Source: Phoronis australis (Eukaryota; Animalia; Phoronida). Taken from it: a DNA stretch of 64,000 nt. Below, piece by piece: positions 21,539 to 34,381 of the stretch. Numbering within the stretch: the first letter of the stretch is position 1; every line of letters starts with the position of its first letter. The position numbers and the translations under genes were made by a program. The stretch spans positions 1 to 64,000 of the forward strand of contig NMRA01000104.1 in assembly GCA_002633005.1 (NCBI GenBank), read 5' to 3'. A model generated the notes under the pieces. It was not told the DNA's origin, did not search any database, and saw nothing but the letters and a program-made list of their open reading frames with translations.

Positions 21539-24456
21539 TTGAAGAATTTGCATGTAGATCAAGAGTGGTGAGGGCTACATATCAGAATTGTTAGTTCCTG
21601 AGGGATATAACTCTTTTGTCAGTTATGGGTGTTGCACATAGCCAGGCATCCTGTAACATTTTTGTGAAGACACATGTGCAAATATAGTTTGCCTTGCTAA
21701 TGCCATTGCTTACCCATTATATACCTATTGAGACAGTAATGTCAATCACTACATATCAGATTGCTGATGATGAATTCAGATGTCCCTTCGCCTTTCCAGG
21801 CATGGAAAGTAATAAAAGTTGGCTCTTGAGTCTCCTCGTGCCATCATTTTCATGTTGTATGTTTCGAGAGGCTGCCACAGAAGTGTAGTCGTAACACCCC
21901 AATTTCAAGTCGACTTGATTCGCCGTGTGCATACTAGATTGTCAAACTTGAATGTTTCAGGAGTGCACAAGTTTCATCACTTAAATAGATTTTGAAATTT
22001 GAATTCAGAATTTACACACACATATAATTGAAATGTGTAGATTTGGGGAGGAAAATGAATTAAATGCATACTAAATGAAACTTCATCTGAACTTGGCTAG
22101 AGGAACACCTGAGGACGCTTTGAAACCATTCGAAAACGTTGGGTTGGAATTTGTGTCTCATGATTGAGAATGAGAACCGTGCAGTTCTAACGGCATTGAA
22201 ACGTAATTATATTCAGTGACGTGAAACCTTGAATGGGTACCCGATTGTTTTGTAGCGTTGCTGGGAAATTAGAATACCCGTACATCCTCGAGGGTCAGCA
22301 CGATAGACGTGCATCCTTTTTAGAGATTTGGTCGGTTAAATGATACCCATTTAGAGGGAGTTTCCGTGGAATGTCATTTAATAACCCAGTAAAGAAATGA
22401 TTGTATAATCCAATAGAAACTGAGATTCGGAAACGGTTTCCTGGCCGTGAAACTTAAAACATATCCATCCAAGTGGCACGTCTCGTACATCCCTGCCGTT
22501 GCCGCGAAGTACCCAGAGTATGGAAATTCCGTATGAAAAATATTTTTCAGTACCATGGCGCGATTGAAGTTTGCTTTTCTAAAAATGGGGGATTAAACTA
22601 CAAAGTAGCAGTAACATAGCCGGGTTTTGTCCATGCAGAAGCACCGGCCGGCTTGTAAAACAAGAACGGTGGGGGATCGCGGAGTCGAGTTTAGCTGAAA
22701 CAGGCAAAATATGCCCTCCAGAATCGTGCTCCTGTCGGAATGAAATAAAGATTATAACATTTTCATTCCTGCTTCTGTACTAGGTCAGCAGTTGCCCAAT
22801 TTAGATAAAATGAAATGCATATATCAATACACAATGAAACGTAGCCTACATTTAAAAGCCTCAAGTATATTGAAGTTATCACAACCCCAAATGTACAGGA
22901 CTACAAGGCACAGATGTAAATATTTGAATGATTGATGCACACGGTGAGGAGAATAATAGACAGCAAGTTTGTGTAAAAAGAGCTCACTACGTTTTCCGAC
23001 ATCACGGTGGTTTGGTACTCGGAACTGAATTTTAAACAATCCTCATTTCTCACACTAAGACTAAAATAAACGTTCAGACTTTTATCTTCAAACTTAATGT
23101 GATTTGTACCATACAGTCTACCTTAAAACTACTCTTGGTTGAAAATGTTATCGATGTTTGAAAATGTCGTGGATTTTTTGGCAGATATTGTCTTGTTAAA
23201 TTGAAGAGTGGGTGACTGTAATGCCCTTGACAAGGGCCTAGTCAAAGTTTCTCGCAGATATTACTTTTATTTCAAATAATCGATTTCTATTTATTTGGCG
23301 CCCCTTTGTTTGTCCATAAAAAGTATAAAATAAAGCGAAGTCTGTGCTTGAAAATTTCCCCACCATTGAAGCTGCAACATACGGCATTACTATACTGTCA
23401 TGTAGGAATGCCATCTAAATAGCGATCAGGAAATGTGCACTTATCAACTGAAACTCGCGGCTTAACGATGCGCGGTACTCAACTACCGGTATATTTGTGA
23501 CAGAGTTGCACCTGGAAAATTAGGGAACACCCACTCGTTTAGAAAGTGGATTATGGACATAGGCTGATTTTTTGCTCAGGGGTTTCTACTGCAAAGGGGT
23601 ATACGGGACGTTCCGCTCAGAAGGGTGATTTCTTCATGGCCCTTTGCCAACAAAGGGTGTCTTTTCCAACAAAATTCCTTTTAAAGGGTTCACATTGGAA
23701 ATTCGAAACTGTACAAAACATTTTCCTTCGCACCTTCACAAACCATCACATGATATTAAATGTTTTCTGTGGTTTGAAAAGTTTTGTTCAAAATTATGGT
23801 CTCATTCTTAAAAGCAAAGCAGCGCTTCTTTACTTTTTCAGACTTAATTGGGTAAAATAATAATCATCTGTACAAGAATCCCAACGAAAGGCTGAGATTT
23901 ATGGAATGATTTTTTGCAAAGGTGTTCCTAGAACGAACCCCGCGTAAGGGGTAGTTTTCATGGAAGCTCCTTGGAAATGAGTATCCTAACCGTCCAGGTA
24001 TACACTCCTTACAGTCGTTTCAGTATCCCGTTCCTATTTAGTAGTTTTCGCAGAAAAGTCGCCATTTCGTGGGGTTTGTTCTAGCAGCAACTTTACACTT
24101 TTGTAAGGATTAATTAGGCAAACCTTTGCACTGCAGAATTTTAAGATTTTCCATGATCTTTTTGACAAGTCTGTGTACTTAACCGAGTGTCTACAAACTA
24201 TAGATATTATCTCGGTAAAAGTACCGTGTGTACTTTGTGAAAGAAAAAAGCCTGTGGAATTTGATTTTTGGCGTTTTGCCAACCTGCCAATCATTAATTG
24301 GGTCACGTGACCATGTACAATCATTGTACTGGAGGAATGCAGTCCCAGAGTTCTATGGTAAAATTTAACAAAATTTGATAGCAGAAACAACGATATAAAT
24401 AACTTGACCAAATTTCAGTAGACGTAAAAACGCCCTTGCTGTCTAAAAACCCGTCT

Positions 24457-24672
24457 CGTTATGGATTTCAGCTTCTTTTTGATTTTTTTTCGTAAAAATT
24501 ACAAAAGGTCTACTTTTGGTAGCCCGCTCATTCAACAAATGGAAATTTTTAAACATTTGTTTCGAATAGCGTTATGGATTTCAGCTGCTTTTGATTTTTT
24601 TCGTAAAAATTACAAAAGGTCTACTTTTGGTAGCCCGCTCATTCAAAATGGAAATTTTTAAACATTTGTTTC
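24457..24672. repeat. 113-bp tandem duplication within a degenerate DNA-transposon-like repeat
   Basis: cgttatggatttcagct...aaaaggtctacttttggtagcccgctcattcaa...aaacatttgttt at 24457 and 24570. Confidence 0.9.
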
Positions 24673-24957
24673 CGTTTTGGAAATCAGCGCATAAACTGTA
24701 GTATCTGAGAGTTTCATGTGAACCTGAACAACCACATTCTGAAATTTGCCAAATTTGAAATTTTTCTAGAGTCTGTTTAGGTGCATTAACTACCTATTAA
24801 TAATGAGTCTATTAATTATTTTTATATGAAAAACTGTCTATTCACCATTCACAGCATAGGCTGTGTTAATTCCAACGGAGTTCACAGTGTTGAAAACGAC
24901 TTAGCGCACTTTGTTTTGACCGTGACTCACAAAGTTAACTATTGTTCAGCGACTTTT

Positions 24958-25160
24958 GAAGAAGCTCTTGGCATGTCAGATGGTCAGATAATGAAAAAAA
25001 AAACACCGTATCAGGTTGCACAGACTTTCAGGGTGAACCAAAGTACCATCGGTAGAAACCATGCGACAAGAGATATGAGACATGAGAACGAAAAGTTGGT
25101 CACAACCCCTATGTCAACGTAGGTCAGACTTTAGGGCCTACTACGTTAGAGATTGCTTTG
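24958..25160 (+). pseudogene. possible decayed Tc1-like transposase N-terminal HTH fragment
   Basis: EEALGM......TPYQVAQTFRVNQSTIGR resembles the Tc1 'AIGM...S...VA..F.V.QSTISR' pattern; broken downstream. Confidence 0.35.
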
Positions 25161-25559
25161 GCAACCAAAGTCCTATAGCCTATCGGTTTTGTTGCGGTGA
25201 TAAACCAGGAGACAGGCCATCACTGAACTGTAAGATTTATTACAGGAATGAGTGAAATAGTCTGTCATTGCCCAAGCCTGCGTCAGATCCGTTCATTATC
25301 AGTTTTTGAGACCTGCATTAGGACGATAAGTTGTTCAATGCTTTCATAGGTCTACTTCCGACCCACAAATTTAGTGATATGAAATATCAAAATACAAAAC
25401 ATTCATTATAATAGGTCTGTTTTCAATAGCCTTTAAAAGGCATTTTAACGCTGTTTTATGTATCTTATGTAACGTTTCATTGCGCATAAAACTGCAAAAT
25501 GCCGAGTTTTATAAACGCCTTATTGATTTATTATTCGCCGGTTTATCGCCCGAGCCAAA

Positions 25560-26094
25560 CCCAGGGTTTCTGTGCGCGACGGGGCTACTTTAGAATCTGT
25601 CCCTTACCGTTAGATGTCGTATGTCTGTATGTCATTGTGCAGAATGGCGGAAATTGTGGACGCGATTTTCACACAGGTGCGTATCAGGTAAGATTGTATT
25701 CAATGCTGGATGGCGTATAAGAGCGGTAACAGTTTACTGTGAGCATTCGTCCATCATCAGAGCCTCATGTCCATAAATCTTCACTATCGTTTAGTTGGCC
25801 TACTAATTTGCTATCGACTATCGTCACAACCCGTCATCTAAGTTTAGACAGACGGTCGTGAAGTGAATAAATATAATGGCTGCCCACTGTTGAATCATAG
25901 AGCTCGGGTCATTACAAAGGGCTGGTCCTCTGTAATATTTAAAGCCAACTGGAAAAACTCATGCTTGGTATATGGATAAGTATTGATAACCCGAGACAAA
26001 AGACATTTCATCACAAATTTGTACCGTCCGATTCGTCTCATTCTAGAGAAGGCATAACGGTAACGCCGCGGCACCGCAGGCGTGTAGCATGTAG
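25560..26094 (+). promoter_or_regulatory. CpG-enriched candidate promoter and non-coding first exon(s), probably of the Ig-CAM gene
   Basis: Local CpG enrichment and two strong donors, CAG|gtaaga (25687) and TAG|gtaagc (26094). No other plus-strand gene was recognised before 43608. Confidence 0.4.
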
Positions 26095-29000
26095 GTAAGC
26101 CTAGATGTTTATCAAAAGCAGTTTCATTTTTTGTGGTTGTCAGCTTGTGGTGCATTCTAGATTCAAAGTTTATGTTGATTACGACTACTATTATGTAGAT
26201 TTTTTTGATGTGGATGTCTCATTGTCTGGTATATTCTCATATTGCCATTGTCCATTTTGTAAACAAAACATTTTGACAAATTCAAATTTTGTGCGAGCCT
26301 GTGCCAAGCACTTGGCCAAGTGTTGTGCATAATGAACTAGACCGGGATGATAAATGCCAGAAAGTTGAAACTCGACTGGAATTATGAATTTAAAGGAAAA
26401 AGTTCGAAAGTCCATGGCTTGTGGGAAGTTTTAGTCTTGGAATAAATGCATTGACTTGGTAACAAAATTCCAAAATTTCGTAATTTACTAAAGGCGACTA
26501 ATCTTCCAAAAATTCAAACTTGTTGCACAGGTTTTCAAACTCAACGCAAATAATCCAAGCTCGTCATGAGAAAATTCAAACTCAACGCCGTGACAAGTCA
26601 AAATAGGCTGTGGAAAACACTGGTTTGTGAACTTCACATGTTAATCATCACATAGTTTGGTAGGTTATTGATAAGAAGTACCCCTGTAGTCTAAGTCTGT
26701 GATGTACATGTAGTGTGCCTGTGTGCGAATAAACTTTTTTGATTGTGGTTTCACTTTCAGTACTCTTCATGAAAATCCACTGTGGCAAGCCCAAATCTCA
26801 TCATTATAAATTGGGTTATTTCCAGTGGTCGGAAGCTGGTGTAACACTGATATATTGGCCGAGAAATAACATGTTTCCCATCTGGAAATCTAACACCTAT
26901 ACTCAAGCCATTCATCTGCAAGCCAATTTGTCGGATAACTGAATCTCGACAAAAAAAATTTCTGAAATTAGTTCTCTGTAGCACAGAAACGAACCTACTA
27001 GTTCCACAGCAGCAGCCAAATGCTCTGTCACTGGGCCAAGTCTCATGTTATAAATAGCACATCTTAAGCATATTTAAATGCTAAAGACACGTGCTTTGAT
27101 TTCAATGTCTGACAGACAACCGCTAGAATTGGCGATTTGTAATTTGAAATCTCAGAAACAACGGATATTGTTGTTTTATGCTGGTCAAAGCTAATGACGT
27201 CAAGTAATACTATGTCGCACAACAGTAATCCTGAAAATACGCTTTTTTGCCTGTAAAACCCATATGTAATGTACTTTTTACCGCTATGGAAGACCTTATC
27301 ATGACCATTTGTTTTTAGTAATATTTAGCAAAAAAAGAAACTGTATCAATAACATGACTAATTTTTGTTTGATAAAAATGTACAAGAAATCTCAAAAATA
27401 CTGTTGCAGTTTTCTAAACCATCATTTCTTGTCATTCCGTGCCATTTGTAAGCTTTTTCATTAAAAAATATAAATTCGGTACTTTATTTTTTGTTAGCCC
27501 TTCATGCAAAAATGGACCACATTAAAAATAATACCTTACTACGTTTTGGAAGAAGTGCATAAAGAATGGTATCTGAAAATTACAGAGGAATCCAGTCAGT
27601 AATTCCTGAGAAATGGTGTTCCAGTTTGCCAAATTTGGGCATTTTCTGGAGTCCTACATAACCTATGCCTAGTAATCTAATGTGTTATTAGTATTACATA
27701 GAATGGTCTCTTCACTGGAGCTAAACAGGAACCAAAGACCTAATTACTGTTACTACTGTAACAATTATGCCATTTTTATAGAAAAACATAACATGACATA
27801 TACTTAAATTTAGACCACAATATAGCAGAAGAATTAACTTCCTGAGGGGAACGTTTCCTGGCTATAAAAGTCAAGGAGCAATGTCTCCTTGTCCTCTTCT
27901 TGGCTACACCTCAGAGGATTTGTGAACAGTGCTCTAGTTTGAATTGGTATTTGGCATTGAAATTCATGTACCGGTAATTAGTACTTCGTTTAAGACACAA
28001 ATTTTTAGTTTTCACATCCTTGATGGCCCAGTGAGATAAGTATAAGCTGCCGTGGTTGGTTGGCTGAACAGTTACTCGTTGGGTTTCCCCTGTTTGACTC
28101 ATTTTCATCTGTTTAGATTCAGTTCTTATACATATGTATTCGAGATCTTACTTTCAGTAGTGGCTGAGTACGTAACAGATGTTCTGGGATATTTCATTAC
28201 TGTACTTAATTAAATACTGACTGAAACGCTTTATTTTTAGTTGGATACTATAGTTCATTCTTGAAGATGCTCTTCACAGATCTGTGATGAAATTGGCGAA
28301 CACCTCCTAGAAAGAAATTTTACAGCAGGTATTTAAGAGGTTTTTTGTTTGTATGCTTCCTTTAAAAGTTTTGTGTTTGTGTACAAAACAGCGCTGTCAG
28401 CCACTTTGGTAAAATCTGACCAGTTTAAGACGCAAACAATTATTGAAATTACCCTTTTTCATATTTAAGGGCTTTAGATAACATTCTTGTCCGTGAATAC
28501 CCACAAATTTTCAAAATGTTTTCTGGTGTAGCTATAGCAGAGAACTTTAACTTGGAAAACATTTAACTTGGTGCTACATTTCTTTGATGGAAAATAATAG
28601 CTAATAAATTTTCAGTTGTTCGCTTTATTGCATTTTGTATTGGTGAGATTTTACCAAACTCAGTACTGTATGACTTGGTTCTGAGCAGTACTTTTGTAGA
28701 CAATGGAGAGCAAATCCAACGCTGGCTTGATATTTTGAAATACAAATAAAGATACCGGCTTTGTCCTGGAATAGCTAACTTATGAGGTCATCTTAATTTA
28801 AATAATTTAACATTTTTAAATGTCATACTTGGCATTATTATTTATAATTTGAACAGAGCATGCATCAGCATAAATCAGCCCTCTGGAACAGGTTGCCCTG
28901 ACATTTCAAGAATGACTTTAGTGTGGCTGCTAGTTTGTTCTAATACACACTGTATCATGTAACAGACAGGTGTGAGTGGTATACAATGGGCAATAGTCTT

Positions 29001-30140
29001 TAAGTCTGGGCCATTTGATGTCTAATCACTTTGACATTATTTTGAAAAAAATATTCACATATATTTATACATACGTAAACTATTTTCTTTCAATCAGATA
29101 TTAAACTTATATTAATCGATATGCTCTACGCCAGATGGATTAAAATTTAGTTTCTCCTTGTCAACCTGTACCTCTGTGGTTTGCCTTAAGTCTAACCACA
29201 TTGCCACATTCACATTTGATGAAAGGCTATGTATCATTTTTATTACCAACTGACCTGGTGAGCTATGTTTCAGTAAAGTATAGAGATTGTTTTTCAACTT
29301 AGAATGTATTCATAATGCCCTCACTGCTGGCGGTCACCTCACTCCGGTGTTCATGCAGCACCAACTTACCTGTTCTTTGGTTGCATTAGTTGGCCCTAGT
29401 GGACTAAAATCAATCATTGATTTCTCGTTAATTGTGGTCCTTTGTGTTGTGCCCAACTAAATAAACTGTTCAACCGAATTTGTTCAATCAAGCATGTGGT
29501 TCAGTCATCTTTTAGTTATTCTGGATCCGTTTACTGGGTCACAAGGGTGTGTAATGCACATCATGTGTCTGTCTGTGATATTACAGTGGGAAACTTCTTC
29601 ATAATCCATTATTTTCTAATTGGTGTAGAAGGGATTTACCCCTAATGCCTTGAAGAATGCTCGGGTCATGTGAGGAACAGTCATTTCGATGTTCAGGCTA
29701 TTTGAAAATGACTATAGTTCGAAAGTAAAGATTTCAGGAAAGGAAGTTACTTATTCTAAGTACTTGATTATATTATGCAAGGCAAGCAAGCATTCAAGTT
29801 TGTTACAGTTATTTTTGGAGGTCTGCTTGTTATGAGAGAATTGATAATTAAGGTTAGGTTTGTCATTAAACAGAGCTGGTCTTGCCATAATTCACAATAA
29901 CCGTCCAAGTGTCACTTAACTTGTCAAATGAATTGCAAAACTTTATTTTATTTTTTAAGAATCAACATGTTACACTTTGATTGTATCTGCTATCTTATTT
30001 TATCAACTTTTTGCATCAAAAAAGAAATTCTCTTTAAATGTTCATTCATATCTTTGAAATTCAGGTGTGGGTAAAAGTAAAAAAATCGCTTAAGGTAATG
30101 AAGAACCATTAAAACGTCCAAATTTGGTTAAATTTGAAAC

Positions 30141-30290
30141 CAGGGGCAGATCCAGGATTTTGAGTCGGGGGAGAGGGGGGGAGGGGAGGCAGGGCAGAGT
30201 ATTAGCCAAGATTTTATCCATCAAACATTCACACCCCTGAACTGCCAGATGGAATCTGGGAGAATTTTAGGGGCTGGCCATGCCCCCCCC
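30141..30290 (+). mobile_element. hAT-like MITE remnant
   Basis: CAGGGGCAGATCCAGGATTTT terminus followed by G-runs and a C-run; no intact right TIR. Confidence 0.45.
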
Positions 30291-33200
30291 AAATGAAACT
30301 TAAGATGCTATACTTGATGTCCTGTTTCCAATACTTTATTAGGAATTGTTTCTAAGATATTTTATTGTTCATGCAAAAATAAGATTATTGTGATTTTCAT
30401 AATAAAAATCAATTAAGTTGCTTAAAATGAAAATGAAATGGCATTTGGAAAACTGTAACAGTGTTTTTGAGATTTCATCTTGAACATTTATATCAAATGA
30501 AATTTGATGATTGATAACTTTATTTTGCTATTAATGTATCTTTCTGTTTTGTTAAATTCTATCAAAAAGTCTAAATCAAATTCTGCAGGCTTTCCATTTT
30601 CAGAAAATATATACTTTTTTGAGTTGAAATAGACTTTTCTAGATATTGGCTAAATATGCAGACATGTCGATAAGGTCCCAAAGTTCCGTTTTGTGTTGTT
30701 TGCTCTTTGGTATGATTTTGCAGTCTGGCATTGCAGTCTGGCATGGGTCAAAGATATGAAAAATGTGTCAAAATATCATTATTTTCTCAACTGTAAAAAA
30801 CATTCCAAGTTTATCAATTGTGAACGGAGGTGTGGCCTGACTACTCTGTAAGTCGAGTGAAACCGGCCAAAGGTAAAATCTAAGTAACTAGAGAGTAGAA
30901 ATAAGTCACAGCCTCTGGTGTCACCAAAATTGACTTGAAGTTTCTACTCTCAAGTATAATCAATCGCTCTTACAGCGTTTTTGAATTCCACGACTGAACA
31001 AGGGTACAACACATGGATCCAAAAGATCCCACCACTTTTTTCGTAATGGAAATACCGTAGAATGGTATCACAGTGGGAATGCTATGAGACATATTTTGTG
31101 AGTTCATACTCTTAACATTGTTTGTGGTCATTTCTGTTTGTGTTTGTAAAAAATGTTTTTTTTTTAGCTGGAACTTTTCATTTGGTTTTTTTCTGTGCAG
31201 AGATTACGTATCTGTTTTAGTTCACAAAGGGTGTCTAGTCACGCGGAGCTGCAGTGGCACATCTCTGGTATAACTTTACTGATAAGTGATGCGTCACATT
31301 CAAAGTTTGGACTTTGTTTTCAAGCAAATGCATGTGCAGGTTCACTGTTGACATTAAGACAAAATTTTTTTACTTAATAACTTGAATGCAGGTTTCGTTA
31401 TTGTTTCCATTCTGTGATATTCAGACGGCATTTTATCATATTTTATGGTTAAAGTGGATAAAAAGATGAATATAGGTGTCAGTACAGAGGTATTGGAAAC
31501 TAAACGTCTGAGTGGTGCTTTCTAAATTAAGTACACTGAACTCCCCCTTGATATTTACGGTTCAAAGGCTGTAATTGGTAATGGAATAGTATTCATTCAG
31601 AATGTCAGTGCAACAGGGTGTCAAAAATTAGCCTCAAACTTTTCTCTTCTTCATTTTTTATTTTAAAAAATCAGCTTAAGCAAACATTGCCTTCTCTGTC
31701 TCCCTGTAGTATGTGGTTTTTTATCTGTTTGGTTCAAGTTTAGATGGTTTGTTAAGGTACAATCACAGACTGTATTTGTTAGTGTGTTGTAGAGGACTTA
31801 TCTCTTGGCTAAAGATAAAGTTACATTGATTAATCTGCGTGCTGTTGTATGGAATATAATTACAACCATTGTCTATGTTAAGCCATCCATTAAAAGGGAC
31901 TCAGACAGGCCTGCAGGCTTGCAGTATGATTCAGTATATACAACTTTATCTCAAGTAGGATTCAGTTACTTCCAGTTTTATCAGGCTTCTAACTTAACAA
32001 CCATCTGTGAAAGAATGTGTTTAACTTAAAATACCAGTTACCAGTAATTGTGTCAAACAAGCCTTTGCAGTGTTCGTCCCAGATTCCAGTTCAGTATGAT
32101 CATAGACTATAGTATATGGACTGCCAACTCCCGTATATTTTCAATGGACGAAATCTATGATCTTACAAATAGGCCGTGATGTCATTCACTTGCGACACCT
32201 GGCAAAATTAGCAAGTTTACTTCTGGCAAGTATGTCGTCTGCAAATCATGGTCGGCTGTTGTGTGGTCGGGTGTCAAAAGTACTCACGATACCAACAGTT
32301 CTATTATTGGAAGACTTAACAGGGTTTCAATCCCAAAATTATTTTTTATTTTGTCATACTGGACAGTAAAATAGATGCGAGAATTTCCCATCACAATACA
32401 CTAACTGAATACTGAAATTGGTAATTTAGGAAAGTGGCGCCTCCTCTAGGAGTTGCGAATCTGTTGTCTATAATCTATGGTGTGATTAATCTCATGATGC
32501 AACCCTACCTAGGAGAGTACTTGTCTTCATCAACACATTCTGGTCTCCAACTTTGCCACCTGCTCTTCAACAGGGTGTGCTACATTTGGCTACAAAAATT
32601 GATTCAGTTGAGATTAGTGTGCATTAGCCTTGCATTGTGTAGCTTCAGAGAGATGCAGGTCAGTGATCCCCCTAGTACTGCCTATGTACTGAGGTAGGCA
32701 AAGATAAGTGTTTGAAATAATCACTTGTAAACTGAGATTTGTTATGGTCTTCTGTTGAAAGTTGAGTGTTGCTGCAGTATGAAACACTTTCTCAGTACTC
32801 TCAGAATCACAAGGTTTGTGTGCATCTCTGTTTCCGATCATGCAAACTGAAGCGATTTATACGAAATTTAATCAAGTCTGTGATTTCTGTAGTTGTAAGG
32901 CCTCAGAAAAGTTGATATGAAATTTGATCACTGTGGAATCTAAGAATTAATGTACGATAATGTCTCACCAACCTACAACATAATATGGCCGACAAGTGTT
33001 TTTCAATGAAAGATAGGTACACTGTAAACAGTGATTTTCCATGGATAAGCCCATGGGTGTGTATTGGGAAGACGAAAATTTTCAGGCGTTTCAGTAACAT
33101 CAAATAAACGCCCAGGAGTTTATTCAGAAAAAGGGGCGTGTAAACAGAAAGTTATAGTTATGGCTACGCAAATACCAGCATAAACCAAACACACGTAGGT

Positions 33201-34320
33201 CTAGATTAAGAAGTTTCCTGACTTTTGTTTTTAAATTTTATGTCACTAAGTGCATAGTTGATCAACACTTTGTTCCTTTTTATAAATGATAAATGCTCCA
33301 CAAAACTGAATTTGTGACTAAAAGTTGGCGCTAAGTGGGCTTTTAATTAAGAGGAAATTTTCCAAATGAACGCTCCAGTATCTGGACACTTGGCACCAGA
33401 AGTTGTAACAACAAATAAACGACCATGAGCCTTTCATCGGGTGGGCTTATCTACGGAAAAAAAAACCCGTAGCAACAAAGTAATAAAGTAAAACAAAGTA
33501 ATGCTTTCTTGTGTTCACGTTCTGCACCATAGCTACCACCAAAGTTCGGAAAAATTGTGAGCATTCACAACTATATTTGATGTCCTTGAAAAATGGGAAC
33601 AGGGCAATTTCAACTAATATTTTTGTTAGAAATTGGTAAGATTTTATCGTATCATGAACGATTTTTTGCAAAACAGAGAGAAGAAGTGTTGATTTGTGGA
33701 TAGCGCGTGCGTATTCATCAAATTCAGCGCTCAAGCTGTGTTTTTGAGGTTTTAATTTGCTTGGTACAACATTCAAAGAACTAATGCACTGGATTTTCTC
33801 AATAACTGCTGACACTAATGCTAGGAGTGAACTCCCAAGTTATAATAGTGAAAGAAATACAACCTTGAAAATGCATTGGGTATGTAATGTGTTCCATTGT
33901 TGTCTTTCATCTAAGGGAAATTGAGTGTAATATGTTCTCAGTTGAATTAATGGAACCATAATGAAGTCATGGCATAAACCATTGAATACACAATACAGAA
34001 TGTAGAGCAAGCACATGTGTAGTCTAGATGTTATCTCACAGACCTGTAACAAATCAATTAATCCTGACAATTACTGGTGATTGGTCATTGCAGTTGGTTT
34101 GCGCAATACTGCATTAGATGTAACCCCTAACCATCAGCTTCTGCAGTAGAATTTACTTAAGCTAGTTGTGCAAATTATTATTTTCTTGGAATATTTTGAC
34201 ACATGGTGTATATTATGTCTACAGATTTATATTAATACGACATCTGATCATATAAATGTGTCTCATATTAGTCTAGCGTGAGGGAATATTATTTTGACTT
34301 TTTATCAAGCGTCTTTGCAG

Positions 34321-34381
34321 TGTTTACTGTTCCGCCAAGGGCAACCAATAGTTGGACTGATCATGGAATAAACCATGGAAG
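34321..34381 (+). other. candidate 61-nt 5'-UTR exon of the Ig-CAM gene
   Basis: tctttgcag| acceptor and AAG|gtaagg donor; no frame reaches the main ORF. Confidence 0.35.

Noticed and set aside
21750-22556. Small minus-strand ORFs (58-60 aa) as a hidden gene
   Set aside because: No recognisable domain or consistent splice chain.
25644-25687. ATG GCG GAA... as the N-terminus of the Ig-CAM protein
   Set aside because: No signal peptide, and joining it to either downstream candidate exon hits a stop; a proper signal-peptide ATG exists at 43649.
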